From assembly GCF_018977255.1 (NCBI RefSeq), contig NW_024704742.1, positions 70,868,001 to 70,932,000 of the forward strand: DNA of 64,000 nt, in the 5' to 3' direction. This document shows positions 63,116 through 64,000 of this stretch, in pieces (position 1 is the first letter of the stretch; each line of letters begins with the position of its first letter). The stretch is from Callorhinchus milii. Lineage: Eukaryota. Under the pieces are notes generated by a model. That model had not been told where the DNA came from and searched no databases. It saw only the letters and a list, made by a program, of their open reading frames with translations. A program made the position numbers and the translations under genes.

Positions 63116-63309
63116 GTGTTGTGGTTTATGTCATTTTCCTGAAAGCATTGTGTCCTTCTTCATGTCATCCGCTCACAATGCTTTGTATTACAAATACAAA
63201 ATTATATCTCTGTCGCGCCTTTCACATTGGGAGGATGGGAGGTGCTGGACAGTCAGCGATCCGGTTTGGGGTGTGGTGGGTGTTGGGTGCAGGGAGGGAT
63301 GGGATTTGT

Positions 63310-63625
63310 GGAGTCCTGTAGCTCAGTGGTTAGAGCACTCACTTTGTAAGCGAGAGACCTGAGTTCAATTCCAGGCAGAGGGTGAAACCTTGGGCAAGTT
63401 TCCTTACTCCACACAGAGCGTAATAATAATCCCTCCAAAACCAAAAAACAATAATAAATTGGTCACTTCAATCCACGACTGTTTGTGGGACATTGCTGTG
63501 CGCAATTGGCTGCTGCGTTTCGCCCACAAATATACAGTCAATTCACTTTACAGCATATTCTGTGAAGCGCTTTGAGACGTCTAGAAGACGTGAAAAGCGT
63601 TATATCAAATGCAAGGATTATTATT
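63310..63625 (+). mobile_element. SINE family A, short subfamily
   Basis: Same head, body and tail. Confidence 0.92.
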
Positions 63626-63920
63626 GTAGGGTTGGAGGGTGGCTGAAGGTGTGGTCAAAGAGGACAGTCTTGAGACGTGCCTTGAAGGAGGAAAGGGAGG
63701 GTACGATGCAAAGGGAATGTGGGATGGAGTTCCAAAGGGTTGGGGCAGAGAGGCTGAAGGCTCAACTGCCAATGGTGGGCGTGTTGGGCAGGGACGTGGA
63801 GCAGGCCTACTGAGCGGAGGGCGCAATCGGGTTGATATGTGATTACCAGGGTCACAGAGGTAGGAAGGGGCAAGGCCATGGAGGGCCTTCAAGGCGAGGA
63901 TGAGAATTTTGAACTCTTAT
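63626..63920 (-). mobile_element. L2 3' fragment
   Basis: KALHGLAPSYLCD on the minus strand; homologous to the other L2 copies. Confidence 0.8.
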
Positions 63921-64000
63921 CAGGTCTATTTGTATAAAAGGTATAATCGTCTAATTCGTAAATCTGCCTAATTCCTGTTCCAAGAGTTTATATTCTATGC

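Noticed and set aside
58584..63362. Three ORFs of about 1500 aa rich in C/V/G
   Set aside because: The minisatellite unit has no stop codons on the + strand, so all three frames are open. Only 58703-58763 looks like a real exon.
612..63575. Recurrent short ORFs with [10 protein letters not shown] or [10 protein letters not shown] peptides
   Set aside because: Translations of the shared SINE body, not a gene family.

Overview
Repeat-rich vertebrate genomic DNA. The CR1/L2 LINEs, Deu-type SINEs and slowly evolving homeobox protein suggest a cartilaginous fish (inference). The window holds one complete three-exon TLX/HOX11-family homeobox gene on the + strand, most likely TLX2: CDS join 24798-25251, 45161-45398, 46974-47193 = 912 nt, 303 aa, with a 19.9 kb first intron. 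About 11.5 kb downstream is a CpG-rich CCAAT/PBX-PREP/ETS promoter and a 61-nt first coding exon (MEEKRDPQYPSLVTPSVYMF-G|gt). It resembles nucleophosmin/nucleoplasmin (NPM) exon 1 and is hidden in the ORF track by a 4.3 kb G/T-rich minisatellite in its intron 1. The rest consists of two tRNA-derived SINE families that share a 3' body and an L2-like tail, L2, CR1 and R4-like LINE fragments, a TA-flanked Tc1/mariner-type MITE family, an unclassified dispersed repeat, simple repeats, and several unique TAAT-rich blocks that are candidate enhancers. The most notable observations are the NPM-like neighbour, the shared promoter grammar of the two genes, a near-perfect 122-nt hairpin behind the TLX poly(A) signals, and the SINE/L2 tail sharing. 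All calls are from reading the sequence; no database searches were run, and repeat boundaries are approximate.
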